DNA of 29,445 nt from positions 1 through 29,445 of IMG/VR virus record IMGVR_UViG_3300046786_000270; one strand, 5' to 3'. Every line of letters begins with the position of its first letter. Positions within the stretch are counted from its first letter, which is position 1. Under the pieces are notes generated by a model. The model had not been told where the DNA came from. It made no database searches and saw nothing but the letters and a program-made list of their open reading frames with translations. Below are positions 19,034 to 27,525 of this stretch, in pieces. Made by a program: the position numbers and the translations under genes. Source of the DNA: a virus (Duplodnaviria; Caudoviricetes).

Positions 19034-20294
19034 AATCTTTGAATTCTGGGACTACATCTAATATTGACTTGCTACTTCTACTGTCATCAAGATTTCTATT
19101 AAACTCTATAAAGTCATTCCATAAATGATTTTGGTCTTTAGCACGTAGATAGTTGATATTGTCATTGATTTGTTGAAGTGTGATTCCTCTAGAATACTTG
19201 GTAAAGTCAATGTTCTTTATACTATCAATATTGTTATACAAATCAGTCAATCGTTGAATACATAAGTCTTTCAATGGTTGGGGTAATACTTGCGCTGATA
19301 ACACATTGGGATAGTTAACTCTGTGGCTGTAGAAATAGATTCCAATATCATCTAAAAAGTATTTGATACAATCAGTAATTTGTAACATGTTTCCTGCTTG
19401 AGCAGTAAAAGCACCCACGATCCTACTGATATTGGGTAGTTTCTTTATCTCTTGTATGTTTCTGACAACTTCGTTGAAGTTACCATTGCTTCTAATGTGT
19501 TCATACACATCGTGTATTCCGTCTATAGATACGTTGACTGCAACACTACGGAAGTGAGGCCAATAGTCAAATATTGTTCTATGCTTACTGATACCCAATG
19601 TAGTTCCATTTGTAGCATACTTGATTTCAATATCTTTAGCATATGGCTTCAGCATGTCAAGTATCTTGTAATGCTTAGGATCCATTAATGGTTCGCCACC
19701 TGCAAACTCTACTCTACGGAAATATGGTAGTAGTTTCTCAAAACTATTCCACCAGTTATCACTATCATCGAAAGGACCTATATACTGTCCGGGTTTGTTT
19801 ACTAAGTTCTCTACAGTAGAGACTAGATAATTGTTTTCTTTCTTATAGAAACTAACGACTTTGTTCCAATCTTGCCAGCTAGTACTGTCTAATGGGTTGC
19901 ACATTCTACAGCGTAGATTACATAAATTGTTCAGTTTGATTTCCATAGTGGGAAATTCAAATGGCATCGTATAATCATCGTTCAGTGCGTTAAGTGCATT
20001 TGGGTATAATACGATTCTGCTTTCTGGCAATCTAGGCTGTATGTGACGTTGACGTAAACTCTCTACACCCTGATCTTCTAATTCAAAGCATGGCTTACAT
20101 GCGTCAGGACGTTCGTTGTTGAGAACTTGTTTACGAATTTCACGCATGGATTCGTTATTCCATGCACTTTCTAGACTTTCATTTTGAATCCATCCTATGG
20201 GTAAACTACGACAACATACTTTAATTGCCCCATCTTCTCTAGTTGCTAACCCAGTAAAAGGGTGCATACAAAATGTTTTACTTAAGTCGGCCAT
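19026..20294 (-). CDS. radical SAM enzyme with N-terminal twitch/SPASM-like domain
   Basis: CMHPF...VCC...WN...R...CKPC, CNLRCRMC, FAGGEP, YATNG, SIDG, LDDSR. Confidence 0.92.
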   Translation of the reverse strand: MADLSKTFCMHPFTGLATREDGAIKVCCRSLPIGWIQNESLESAWNNESMREIRKQVLNNERPDACKPCFELEDQGVESLRQRHIQPRLPESRIVLYPNALNALNDDYTMPFEFPTMEIKLNNLCNLRCRMCNPLDSTSWQDWNKVVSFYKKENNYLVSTVENLVNKPGQYIGPFDDSDNWWNSFEKLLPYFRRVEFAGGEPLMDPKHYKILDMLKPYAKDIEIKYATNGTTLGISKHRTIFDYWPHFRSVAVNVSIDGIHDVYEHIRSNGNFNEVVRNIQEIKKLPNISRIVGAFTAQAGNMLQITDCIKYFLDDIGIYFYSHRVNYPNVLSAQVLPQPLKDLCIQRLTDLYNNIDSIKNIDFTKYSRGITLQQINDNINYLRAKDQNHLWNDFIEFNRNLDDSRSSKSILDVVPEFKDYV

Positions 20295-20497
20295 GAATTT
20301 TTAAAATAGAAATCTTTGGGAGATTCGCACTCTATAATTTTATCTTTATATAAGATTTTTAGTTTGTTAGGACTATCGATGAAATCACAATACATGTCAG
20401 TTATTGTATGCAACATACTTGATGGGCATTTACCAGTAAAGATAAGTTTGTCATCATTGTATAATTCATACGTGACATAATTTATATCGTAGTCCAT
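20282..20497 (-). CDS. hypothetical protein (71 aa)
   Basis: Exactly fills the gap between overlapping neighbours in the minus-strand operon. Confidence 0.55.
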   Translation of the reverse strand: MDYDINYVTYELYNDDKLIFTGKCPSSMLHTITDMYCDFIDSPNKLKILYKDKIIECESPKDFYFKNSWPT

Positions 20498-21156
20498 TTC
20501 TTTTTTGCAGTATCTATCAGGTAAGTCTTGTTAAACTTACCCAAATTGTTAATCTCCAAGTAACTGATGCAAGTATTTATACTGTCAATAGCACTGTCCA
20601 CAAATTGATTTTTAGGTAGAGTCCATCGTTTGAAGTCAGTCCAAAAGTATCCCATACTGTCTTTGAACCTTTTCATAGGGGTGATTCCTATACTTGGTAA
20701 TGTGTTACTGACATTTAGCATATTGATTATCAATGATTGTACATTATCAATGTACTCTAAGAAATAGTTATCATCTACCAATCCATCAAACACATCCATA
20801 TGGTAATCACGCCCAAATTCATAGTTAGGTCTTTGGTATACCTTATAGCACAATTTGTCATTTACGACTGTATAGCTAACTGGGATATCAATCCTACATT
20901 CATTGGTTTTACTTACTAAATCATATAATTTAACATGAGTATCCCAATCGTTATGTGATGTAGTAGGTCCTAATATATATGCTGTGCCTTTGTTACTTAT
21001 AAAATAACATCGGTTATATCGTATTATGTAGTATCCGTTATTTTCTATCTCCCAGATAGTTTGACCTTCAATAGGATCACGGGTAACATAATGATGAAAC
21101 TTATCACACTTTTCTTGTGTATAAGTTTGAAACTTATTTAATAGGTTTTCTAACAT
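20482..21156 (-). CDS. hypothetical protein, possible protein-kinase-like (APH/choline kinase) fold; paralog of 21574-22476
   Basis: WEI, DW...KLY...P......QRPN, LP, FWTDFK (DFG-like) shared with the 300-aa ORF. Confidence 0.45.
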   Translation of the reverse strand: MLENLLNKFQTYTQEKCDKFHHYVTRDPIEGQTIWEIENNGYYIIRYNRCYFISNKGTAYILGPTTSHNDWDTHVKLYDLVSKTNECRIDIPVSYTVVNDKLCYKVYQRPNYEFGRDYHMDVFDGLVDDNYFLEYIDNVQSLIINMLNVSNTLPSIGITPMKRFKDSMGYFWTDFKRWTLPKNQFVDSAIDSINTCISYLEINNLGKFNKTYLIDTAKKKWTTI

Positions 21157-21574
21157 CTATTGTAATGTGTTCAAATGTTTTAAAATATTCTTTTAGTTCA
21201 TGGTAGGACATATGAAAGTCAAACCCAATGAATACGGTGTTTGGTTTCGATCTTGAACTATGTATGATAGTAGTATCTAATATGAACGGCTTATTATGTA
21301 CTGTTTCACCAACTGAATCAAGTATGGTAATTTCAGTAATAGGTACTATAAACACACTATCACGTTCATCGTCAACATGTGGTATAAGATTGCCAGTTGG
21401 CAGAACCCCTATTGCTACGCTTTTAAATTCAAAATTTGTTACGAATTCTTCAGGGTTTGGATAGTATTCATATAGAGTATCATCAGCATAAGACCTATCA
21501 TGTTTGTTATTAGCTATATAATTTCTAGTAAATCTATAAACATCATTGCTAATAATAACGTCACTGATATTCAT
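21134..21574 (-). CDS. cupin / 2OG-Fe(II) oxygenase-like protein
   Basis: LIPHVDDER..VFIVPI...PFILDTTIIHS gives HxD...H; the distal 2OG-binding Arg is not obvious. Confidence 0.6.
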   Translation of the reverse strand: MNISDVIISNDVYRFTRNYIANNKHDRSYADDTLYEYYPNPEEFVTNFEFKSVAIGVLPTGNLIPHVDDERDSVFIVPITEITILDSVGETVHNKPFILDTTIIHSSRSKPNTVFIGFDFHMSYHELKEYFKTFEHITIDVRKPIK

Positions 21575-22476
21575 TAGCTAATCTCTATCCCACCCATCCC
21601 TTCACTTTCAACTAATGCAACAATATTTCTATCGTAATTAAATTTAGTGCTGAATAGGTTAATAGCATAATCCATCATAGTTCTTCTGTCAGCTTGAGAC
21701 ATGTTAGGATCCCATGGGTGAACGGTAAAGTAGTCCCAAATGCCAGCATATGTTTTTTGTAAAAACTGTGTAAAATTATATGAATAGTGCTTAAAGTCAA
21801 CGAAGACACCGCCGACACCATTGACCTTCCAATCTGGATTCACTCTTAACAATGACAACAATGCTCCGTTCTCAGGGAGTCCAAAATTGTCTGTCTGATA
21901 CAATTGGTACATCAAATCAACATAGTTAGCTATGTAATTGACATAACCTTTAAAGTTGTCAAGTGTGTATTCTCTGTTGTGATGTATAGAATGAGGTTCG
22001 ATTAGATTCCATAAATTTGGTCTTTTGACAACAGTAAACCAATACTTATTGTAATTCAGATATAGTACTTCTTTGTGTATTGGTTCTTCCATGCCAATCA
22101 GATTGAGTGTACGGTTTAATTCATATGTTTTATTAAACATTTCCCAATCATTGTCCATCCAAGTCTTAGACAATTTACATACGTAATCATCTTTTCTATA
22201 GTAGAGACTGGTGTTTGGTTTATAGAAACAAAACTCATCCCCGTTAATTACTTCCCACATTGGGAAGGGCTCTACGGTTCTGTTATGAATGCATCGTATA
22301 AATGCTTCTTGTGAAAAGTTTCCTATAGACAGTTTGTAATCTTCAAATGTTCCAACTGGCTCTAGTAGGTCAGGATTCAAGCTAGGCAAGGTCGCACGAA
22401 AATCTAGTGCTTTTTGATGCGTGTAATCAGTTACTTTTTCTATTAAAAACTTTTTTGTGCTTTGGAAATCGTTCAT
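21574..22476 (-). CDS. hypothetical protein, possible protein-kinase-like fold; paralog of 20482-21156
   Basis: WEV, YVCKL (beta3 Lys-like), DWEMF, KRPN, LP, VFVDFK. Confidence 0.45.
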   Translation of the reverse strand: MNDFQSTKKFLIEKVTDYTHQKALDFRATLPSLNPDLLEPVGTFEDYKLSIGNFSQEAFIRCIHNRTVEPFPMWEVINGDEFCFYKPNTSLYYRKDDYVCKLSKTWMDNDWEMFNKTYELNRTLNLIGMEEPIHKEVLYLNYNKYWFTVVKRPNLWNLIEPHSIHHNREYTLDNFKGYVNYIANYVDLMYQLYQTDNFGLPENGALLSLLRVNPDWKVNGVGGVFVDFKHYSYNFTQFLQKTYAGIWDYFTVHPWDPNMSQADRRTMMDYAINLFSTKFNYDRNIVALVESEGMGGIEIS

Positions 22477-23054
22477 AAAACCTCTATTTGGAATTCGTGA
22501 TTGTCTTTATGATATTTATCAAAGTCACTATAGAACAATTGTTTATCAATAGACCACACATTTTGGCGTGTGGACAAGTAAGTAATATCTTCGTATAGTA
22601 GTGACCAACCAGTATTACGAACACCGTGTTTAGATAGTTTATCCATTGCATTACTTCTGGACTTATCCGATACTGGGTCTATATTAGTAGTCATTACAAA
22701 TTCGCTAGATCCAAAATGATGTTCTACCCATTTCATTGCTAACACAAACGTGATTCCTGCACAGAAACTAGAACGTCTGAAATTTTTATGGGTACTAGGT
22801 TTATATAATTCATCATATAACGCAACTCCCCTGAATCCCACACGCCAGTATTCTTTGCCATTGATTTCCATAGGATGTGTTCCGCTGAATACTTTTATAC
22901 AGTTGTCTTGTATTCCACCAAAGAACGCAGAGTGTTTGAAATAATCAAATTTTAGATTTTTGATACTATTGTTATTTGATATGTCTCGTCTACCGCATTC
23001 TTCAGTGAATGGTATTAACAGAGGGTCATCTACATGTATCTGTTTAAATAGCAT
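22473..23054 (-). CDS. putative GNAT-like acyltransferase
   Basis: Beta-strand order FFGGIQDNCIKVFSG...YWRVGFRGVAL...FVMTTN is compatible with GNAT topology; directly downstream of the acyl-adenylate ligase. Confidence 0.35.
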   Translation of the reverse strand: MLFKQIHVDDPLLIPFTEECGRRDISNNNSIKNLKFDYFKHSAFFGGIQDNCIKVFSGTHPMEINGKEYWRVGFRGVALYDELYKPSTHKNFRRSSFCAGITFVLAMKWVEHHFGSSEFVMTTNIDPVSDKSRSNAMDKLSKHGVRNTGWSLLYEDITYLSTRQNVWSIDKQLFYSDFDKYHKDNHEFQIEVL

Positions 23055-24222
23055 TTCTAATCTTCTTTCCCATAGCGGTTCTAGGTAGAGAATTGACTAA
23101 CGTATATTTTCTAGGAATGTTATACTCAACAATGTATTGACTTAATTGTTTATGTATTTTACTTTTATCTATCTCAATGTTGTTAGTGTAAAACAGTTCA
23201 ATCCAATCTGATCCCAAACTATTTCTAACCACTGCTAAGGTATCTCCCAGATTACATTTTTCTTCTGTTAATTGTTCTACTTGTAACAAGCTAACTTTAT
23301 AGCCATTAACTTTGACGATATCGTTGTTTCTGCCTATGTAGTGTATTAGATTGTCTTTCTGTTCCCAAATGTCGTTTGTTCTTAGCCACCCATCTACATA
23401 ATTAAATTCTTCAACATTGCTACAAAGTCCCGGACCTCTAACTAACAATTCGTTATTTTCTAATTTAAACTCTTGTAGTGGGTTACTAGTTATATCAACG
23501 TATTCAATATAGTCATCTATGTGTTTTGTTTTTCTAAACAAACCCGGTGCAGATATTTCTGTAGTACCATAAATCTGAACAAACTCTTGTACGTTATTCT
23601 TAAGTAAGAAACTAGAATGTCTACTCAAAACTGCACTAGCACCAGATCCTATTAGTTCATAGTTTGAGAAGTCAACAGGTTTGCCACTGATTCTTATCTG
23701 GTCAATCATAGCAGGCACCAGTATTGTTTTGTTATGGTCACCTTCTAAGTCTTGTATTACTGTTTCTCTTGAACCCAGTGCTAATGAAGAATTGTGATAT
23801 ACGAATGATGGTAATACTATGTGCCAAAATCCACTAGTAGCAGGTGGAAAAAAGTTTAAAAACTTAGTGTTCACATCCCAATTGATAGCAATGTCAGCCA
23901 TCTTTCGCATTAAATCTATTTGTTTTTTATGATGAACTACTAGCTTTGGAACTCCGGTAGTGCCACTGGTATGAAAGCATATCGAATCTTTGTATCTATA
24001 GTCTTGAATCTTTCTATCAATAACACATTGTTGTTCTTCTGGTAACGCAGGAAATTTAACAAAAATATTACCACCTACGTTTTGCCAGGCTATGTATGCG
24101 GCAATATGGTCTGTGTGGTCGATAGAATCTAAAGTGTATACGTTATTATTTTTAAGTCTGTGTTCAGCATCTTTTATCTTGTCATGTATGTCTAAAAGAT
24201 TACCCTGTCTGTAAATTTTCAT
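23044..24222 (-). CDS. ANL-superfamily adenylate-forming enzyme (acyl-CoA synthetase / AMP-binding)
   Basis: FHTSGTTGVPK (A3), YGTTE (A5), WLRTND (A7), GR..DIVKVNG (A8), LPRTAMGK (A10). Start ATG 24222 preferred over 24291. Confidence 0.9.
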   Translation of the reverse strand: MKIYRQGNLLDIHDKIKDAEHRLKNNNVYTLDSIDHTDHIAAYIAWQNVGGNIFVKFPALPEEQQCVIDRKIQDYRYKDSICFHTSGTTGVPKLVVHHKKQIDLMRKMADIAINWDVNTKFLNFFPPATSGFWHIVLPSFVYHNSSLALGSRETVIQDLEGDHNKTILVPAMIDQIRISGKPVDFSNYELIGSGASAVLSRHSSFLLKNNVQEFVQIYGTTEISAPGLFRKTKHIDDYIEYVDITSNPLQEFKLENNELLVRGPGLCSNVEEFNYVDGWLRTNDIWEQKDNLIHYIGRNNDIVKVNGYKVSLLQVEQLTEEKCNLGDTLAVVRNSLGSDWIELFYTNNIEIDKSKIHKQLSQYIVEYNIPRKYTLVNSLPRTAMGKKIRNAI

Positions 24223-25000
24223 CAATGCCCCATTTTCTTTCTTTACACCAAAAGCAGTTTTCGCACAGTGGAACATATTGTCCACGAACATATGTCTTGT
24301 ACGTTATGTCCGGGAATTCTCCCTCACAACTGCGTGTGATATTTAGTAAGTCTAATAAATTCTGATTTATATACTGTTTGATTACCCAATCTTTGCTTAC
24401 AAATCTAAATGGATGACAGATAAGCTGATTGTTAAAATGTCTTAGCATCAAGTAAAAATTTTCTTTACTTATGTTTATGTTTCTTTTTTCTAATGCACCG
24501 TTTATGTTTACATCAGGGTTCTTAGTCACTGCGTTGTAGTATGCATCGATATTGTATGCGTATCCAATGTACTCTGCATATGCCCTCAACTCTATCACAT
24601 CACCACCATTGACTTTACCGTATTCGTCAACTATATAAGGTTCTCTACTACCGTGCTCAAACTCAGGTGGTACAAAATTTACGTGTCGTTCAAACTTAAT
24701 ATTTGGAAACAACTTTCTAATTTCATTGTAAACTTTTTCTGCGATATATTCTTGCCACGGCCGTGTTCTCCAACATCTGATATTGTATATAACGTGTACT
24801 GTACAGTTTGAGTTATGTTTCTGTATAAGAGAACACAATATAAAGGACAATAACGCACTATCAGCGCCTCCGCTAATTGTAACACTAACGTTGTTCCACT
24901 TAGGATCAAACGGAATACATAATCCGTTATAGTTATCTAGTATATTCTTAAACTCGCTGTTTTTGTAGAATGAGTTAATAGTATCTAAATCATACATCAC
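24200..25000 (-). CDS. QueC-like PP-loop ATPase (adenine nucleotide alpha-hydrolase family)
   Basis: ISGGADS PP-loop, HPF...SK..VI, and C-terminal TRSCE...CENCFWCKER Zn motif resembling QueC (T.SC...C..C..C..R). Confidence 0.7.
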   Translation of the reverse strand: MMYDLDTINSFYKNSEFKNILDNYNGLCIPFDPKWNNVSVTISGGADSALLSFILCSLIQKHNSNCTVHVIYNIRCWRTRPWQEYIAEKVYNEIRKLFPNIKFERHVNFVPPEFEHGSREPYIVDEYGKVNGGDVIELRAYAEYIGYAYNIDAYYNAVTKNPDVNINGALEKRNINISKENFYLMLRHFNNQLICHPFRFVSKDWVIKQYINQNLLDLLNITRSCEGEFPDITYKTYVRGQYVPLCENCFWCKERKWGIDENLQTG

Positions 25001-25590
25001 ACAAAACCTATAATCATGTACCTATCATACAATGGTAATTCTAACTTGTCTTTAAGAATAACCCTTGATAGATTAGATTGTTCAACGAATTCATCCAACG
25101 ATGATGCTGTTCTAATATGTTCTGGAATCTTATAGTTATTAGATTGTAGTACAACGATTGAATTGTCTGGAACTTTACTTAGCCATAAGTTATAATCAGT
25201 TTGTGTAATATGCTCACAGCTAGTGTTGATGACAACATTTGCTTCACTTTGGACATTGACCATGTTTCTGGTAATAGCTTTGAATCTTCCCTCATGGAAC
25301 TCAATTTGGTTCATCGTGTTCGCAATATTTTCACACAAAGGATCAATGTCAATGCTTTTGATGTTGATAATTTGTAATTGACTCTGAAACATCATACTAG
25401 CCAATACACCTACCCATCCACCATATATCTCGACTGTAACTGGATTGGGTATAGTTTGTTCTAAATTAGTAATCAACCATTCTTTGCTTTTTATTTGACC
25501 CGCCCAGAAAGCATCTAATGTACGCATTGGATTATTACTTTGTCTGATTGCTTGCATCCAATGATGCAAATGTGTTGTATCAATCTTCAA
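24997..25590 (-). CDS. class I SAM-dependent methyltransferase
   Basis: EIYGGWVGVLA (motif I), SIDIDP (motif II), VINTSCEH. Confidence 0.75.
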   Translation of the reverse strand: MKIDTTHLHHWMQAIRQSNNPMRTLDAFWAGQIKSKEWLITNLEQTIPNPVTVEIYGGWVGVLASMMFQSQLQIINIKSIDIDPLCENIANTMNQIEFHEGRFKAITRNMVNVQSEANVVINTSCEHITQTDYNLWLSKVPDNSIVVLQSNNYKIPEHIRTASSLDEFVEQSNLSRVILKDKLELPLYDRYMIIGFV

Positions 25591-26566
25591 ATTGTGCTCC
25601 TAGTTTATCAAAGTTGCCACATTGTTTGGAACATTCCATAAGAGGATCTTTGTCCCATGTACTTGCTATTCTGTCAAAGTATCCACTGTCAAAAATCTCT
25701 TGCAATGAATTATTGTTTAAGTTAGGAAATTCTCCTATCTTATCCATGTAGTCTATCCTAGTATCTTGTCTATGTAACTGATCTTCTAAGTCTAGCCAAC
25801 AGCAAGGAGTAATATTACCTGTTGCTGAAATATAAAACTGTCTGTACTTTTGTGCTTTGCACTTTATTTCTGGCATCACATCTGTTAGATATTTTGTTGT
25901 TTTACTAATCATATCTTTACTACGTTGTGATGGATATAAAATGTTTATAGTTTTACCATCGTCACTCAATACATTGAATTTACCTTGTACAAATCTTGTT
26001 GTGTGTTTAACTTGAAAAGTATTGAATCCTATTTGTTCACTTAATTTTTTGCACTCATCTATTTCGTGTTCGTTGTGCTCAAACACTAACATGTGCCACT
26101 CTGCATGTCCACCGGCTTTAATAAAGGCTTCAGCATTACGTAGTATCTGGTCAAAGTCTGTATCTATTCTATATAGTTTGTGCGTATCATGCAATCCATC
26201 TATACCAAACACAACTCGTATGTTTACTTTTGCCAACATCTCCCACCACGTTACGTTTCTTGCACTGCCATTTGTGTGCATACTTAATCTGATATTTGGG
26301 TTCGTTTCTCTTAGGTATTGAAATATCTCTAAACAATCTTTAGCAATGATAGGATCACCGTAGTTACCACACATAAACAAACTATCTAGTTGTTTGATAA
26401 ATGATTCAGGAAACCATAACTTGAAAGTTTGTAAATCAATTTCTTCCAATGTAATCAATGGATTAACCATACCACCGTTTATTCTACGTGGGCACATAGG
26501 GCAACGTGCTTGGCACTTACTAGTAATCTCTAGGTGTATGTCTCTAATATCTGTTAGTTTATACAT
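25580..26566 (-). CDS. radical SAM enzyme with C-terminal twitch/SPASM-like domain
   Basis: CQARCPMC, CGNYGDP (GGEP variant), HTNG, FGIDG, C-terminal C...ISATG.ITPCCW...CSKQC. Confidence 0.92.
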   Translation of the reverse strand: MYKLTDIRDIHLEITSKCQARCPMCPRRINGGMVNPLITLEEIDLQTFKLWFPESFIKQLDSLFMCGNYGDPIIAKDCLEIFQYLRETNPNIRLSMHTNGSARNVTWWEMLAKVNIRVVFGIDGLHDTHKLYRIDTDFDQILRNAEAFIKAGGHAEWHMLVFEHNEHEIDECKKLSEQIGFNTFQVKHTTRFVQGKFNVLSDDGKTINILYPSQRSKDMISKTTKYLTDVMPEIKCKAQKYRQFYISATGNITPCCWLDLEDQLHRQDTRIDYMDKIGEFPNLNNNSLQEIFDSGYFDRIASTWDKDPLMECSKQCGNFDKLGAQFED

Positions 26567-27525
26567 TTTGGTATCTTGCTATCTGCTGAACTTACACAAG
26601 TATCGGTGATACAAACTCTTGGTTCACTAAAGATTTTGAAATTCTCTATAGTTCCAATCGGTAGATCACCGCAACTATAGCTTCGTTTAACTTCATCACC
26701 ACGTATGATAATGCCTTGATACCCTGAATTGCACATCCAACCTTTGAACTTGTTAAAGCCAAACGCATTGAATCTTTCAGCCTGATCTATGTACCAAACC
26801 TTATTTTCGTTGTCAATGAGTTTTACTTGCAATACTTCATTGTCTTGAAAGTGTTGCGGGAATCCTGTACGCATCAATTGTATCATATCGTCGGTGTACC
26901 CGTCAACCACTCTGCTAGCAGTTGGGTCACTCTGTGGCTTTAATGTAACATTGATTCCCCTATTGTGAAATCTCACGCATCGTTCATATAATGAATCAAA
27001 CTGTTCTGGAACCATGACTTGATTGATGGTAACAAAGACTCCATTCTCTCGTAAGAACACACACTTGTCACCAAATTCTTGCTCATCAGCAAACTCACTA
27101 TGATAACTAGCGGTTATGCTAGCACGACTAAGTTGTTTAGCATTACCAATCCAGCGTGTCCACCAATTGATACTGGGACTTAAGTTAGTTGTCATATGTA
27201 CACTAACGTACTCTTCACCTGATATGTGAACCATCAAATCTAACAGGTTCTTATATGCAGTTGGCTCACCACCGCTGAATGACCAATGAAACTTATTGAA
27301 TCCATTTTGTTTTGCTTGCTGTTTGATACTATCAATCGCACGCCAGTATATCATATAGTCTAAGTGATCTGGTGTTTGACTATTAGCATAGGGCCAACAA
27401 TAGCTACACTTATAATTACAGAATCTACCCAATATCCAACTCACGCTGAATAGGTCTTTATCCAGCATTGTCTCTTGTCCAAATTTGACAATCCTATCAA
27501 AGGGTATTTCTCTAAAATCATTCAT
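26554..27525 (-). CDS. radical SAM enzyme with C-terminal twitch-like domain; paralog of 18101-19033
   Basis: WILGRFCNYKCSYC, FSGGEPT, TTN, FKGWMCNSG...SC...CITDTCVSSAD. Confidence 0.92.
   Translation of the reverse strand: MNDFREIPFDRIVKFGQETMLDKDLFSVSWILGRFCNYKCSYCWPYANSQTPDHLDYMIYWRAIDSIKQQAKQNGFNKFHWSFSGGEPTAYKNLLDLMVHISGEEYVSVHMTTNLSPSINWWTRWIGNAKQLSRASITASYHSEFADEQEFGDKCVFLRENGVFVTINQVMVPEQFDSLYERCVRFHNRGINVTLKPQSDPTASRVVDGYTDDMIQLMRTGFPQHFQDNEVLQVKLIDNENKVWYIDQAERFNAFGFNKFKGWMCNSGYQGIIIRGDEVKRSYSCGDLPIGTIENFKIFSEPRVCITDTCVSSADSKIPKCIN

Noticed and set aside
12853-26609. Short ORFs nested in cluster genes (12853, 13199, 16591, 16957, 17206, 17820, 18337, 19452, 21228, 22750, 24679, 25548, 26022, 26394)
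   Set aside because: They lie within longer motif-bearing genes, antisense or in an alternate frame, and have no independent support.
14940-27525. Assigning specific names (queE, moaA, nrdG, pqqE, anSME) to the radical SAMs
   Set aside because: Only generic CxxxCxxC, GGEP and twitch motifs are visible. Partner genes and family-specific motifs are absent.
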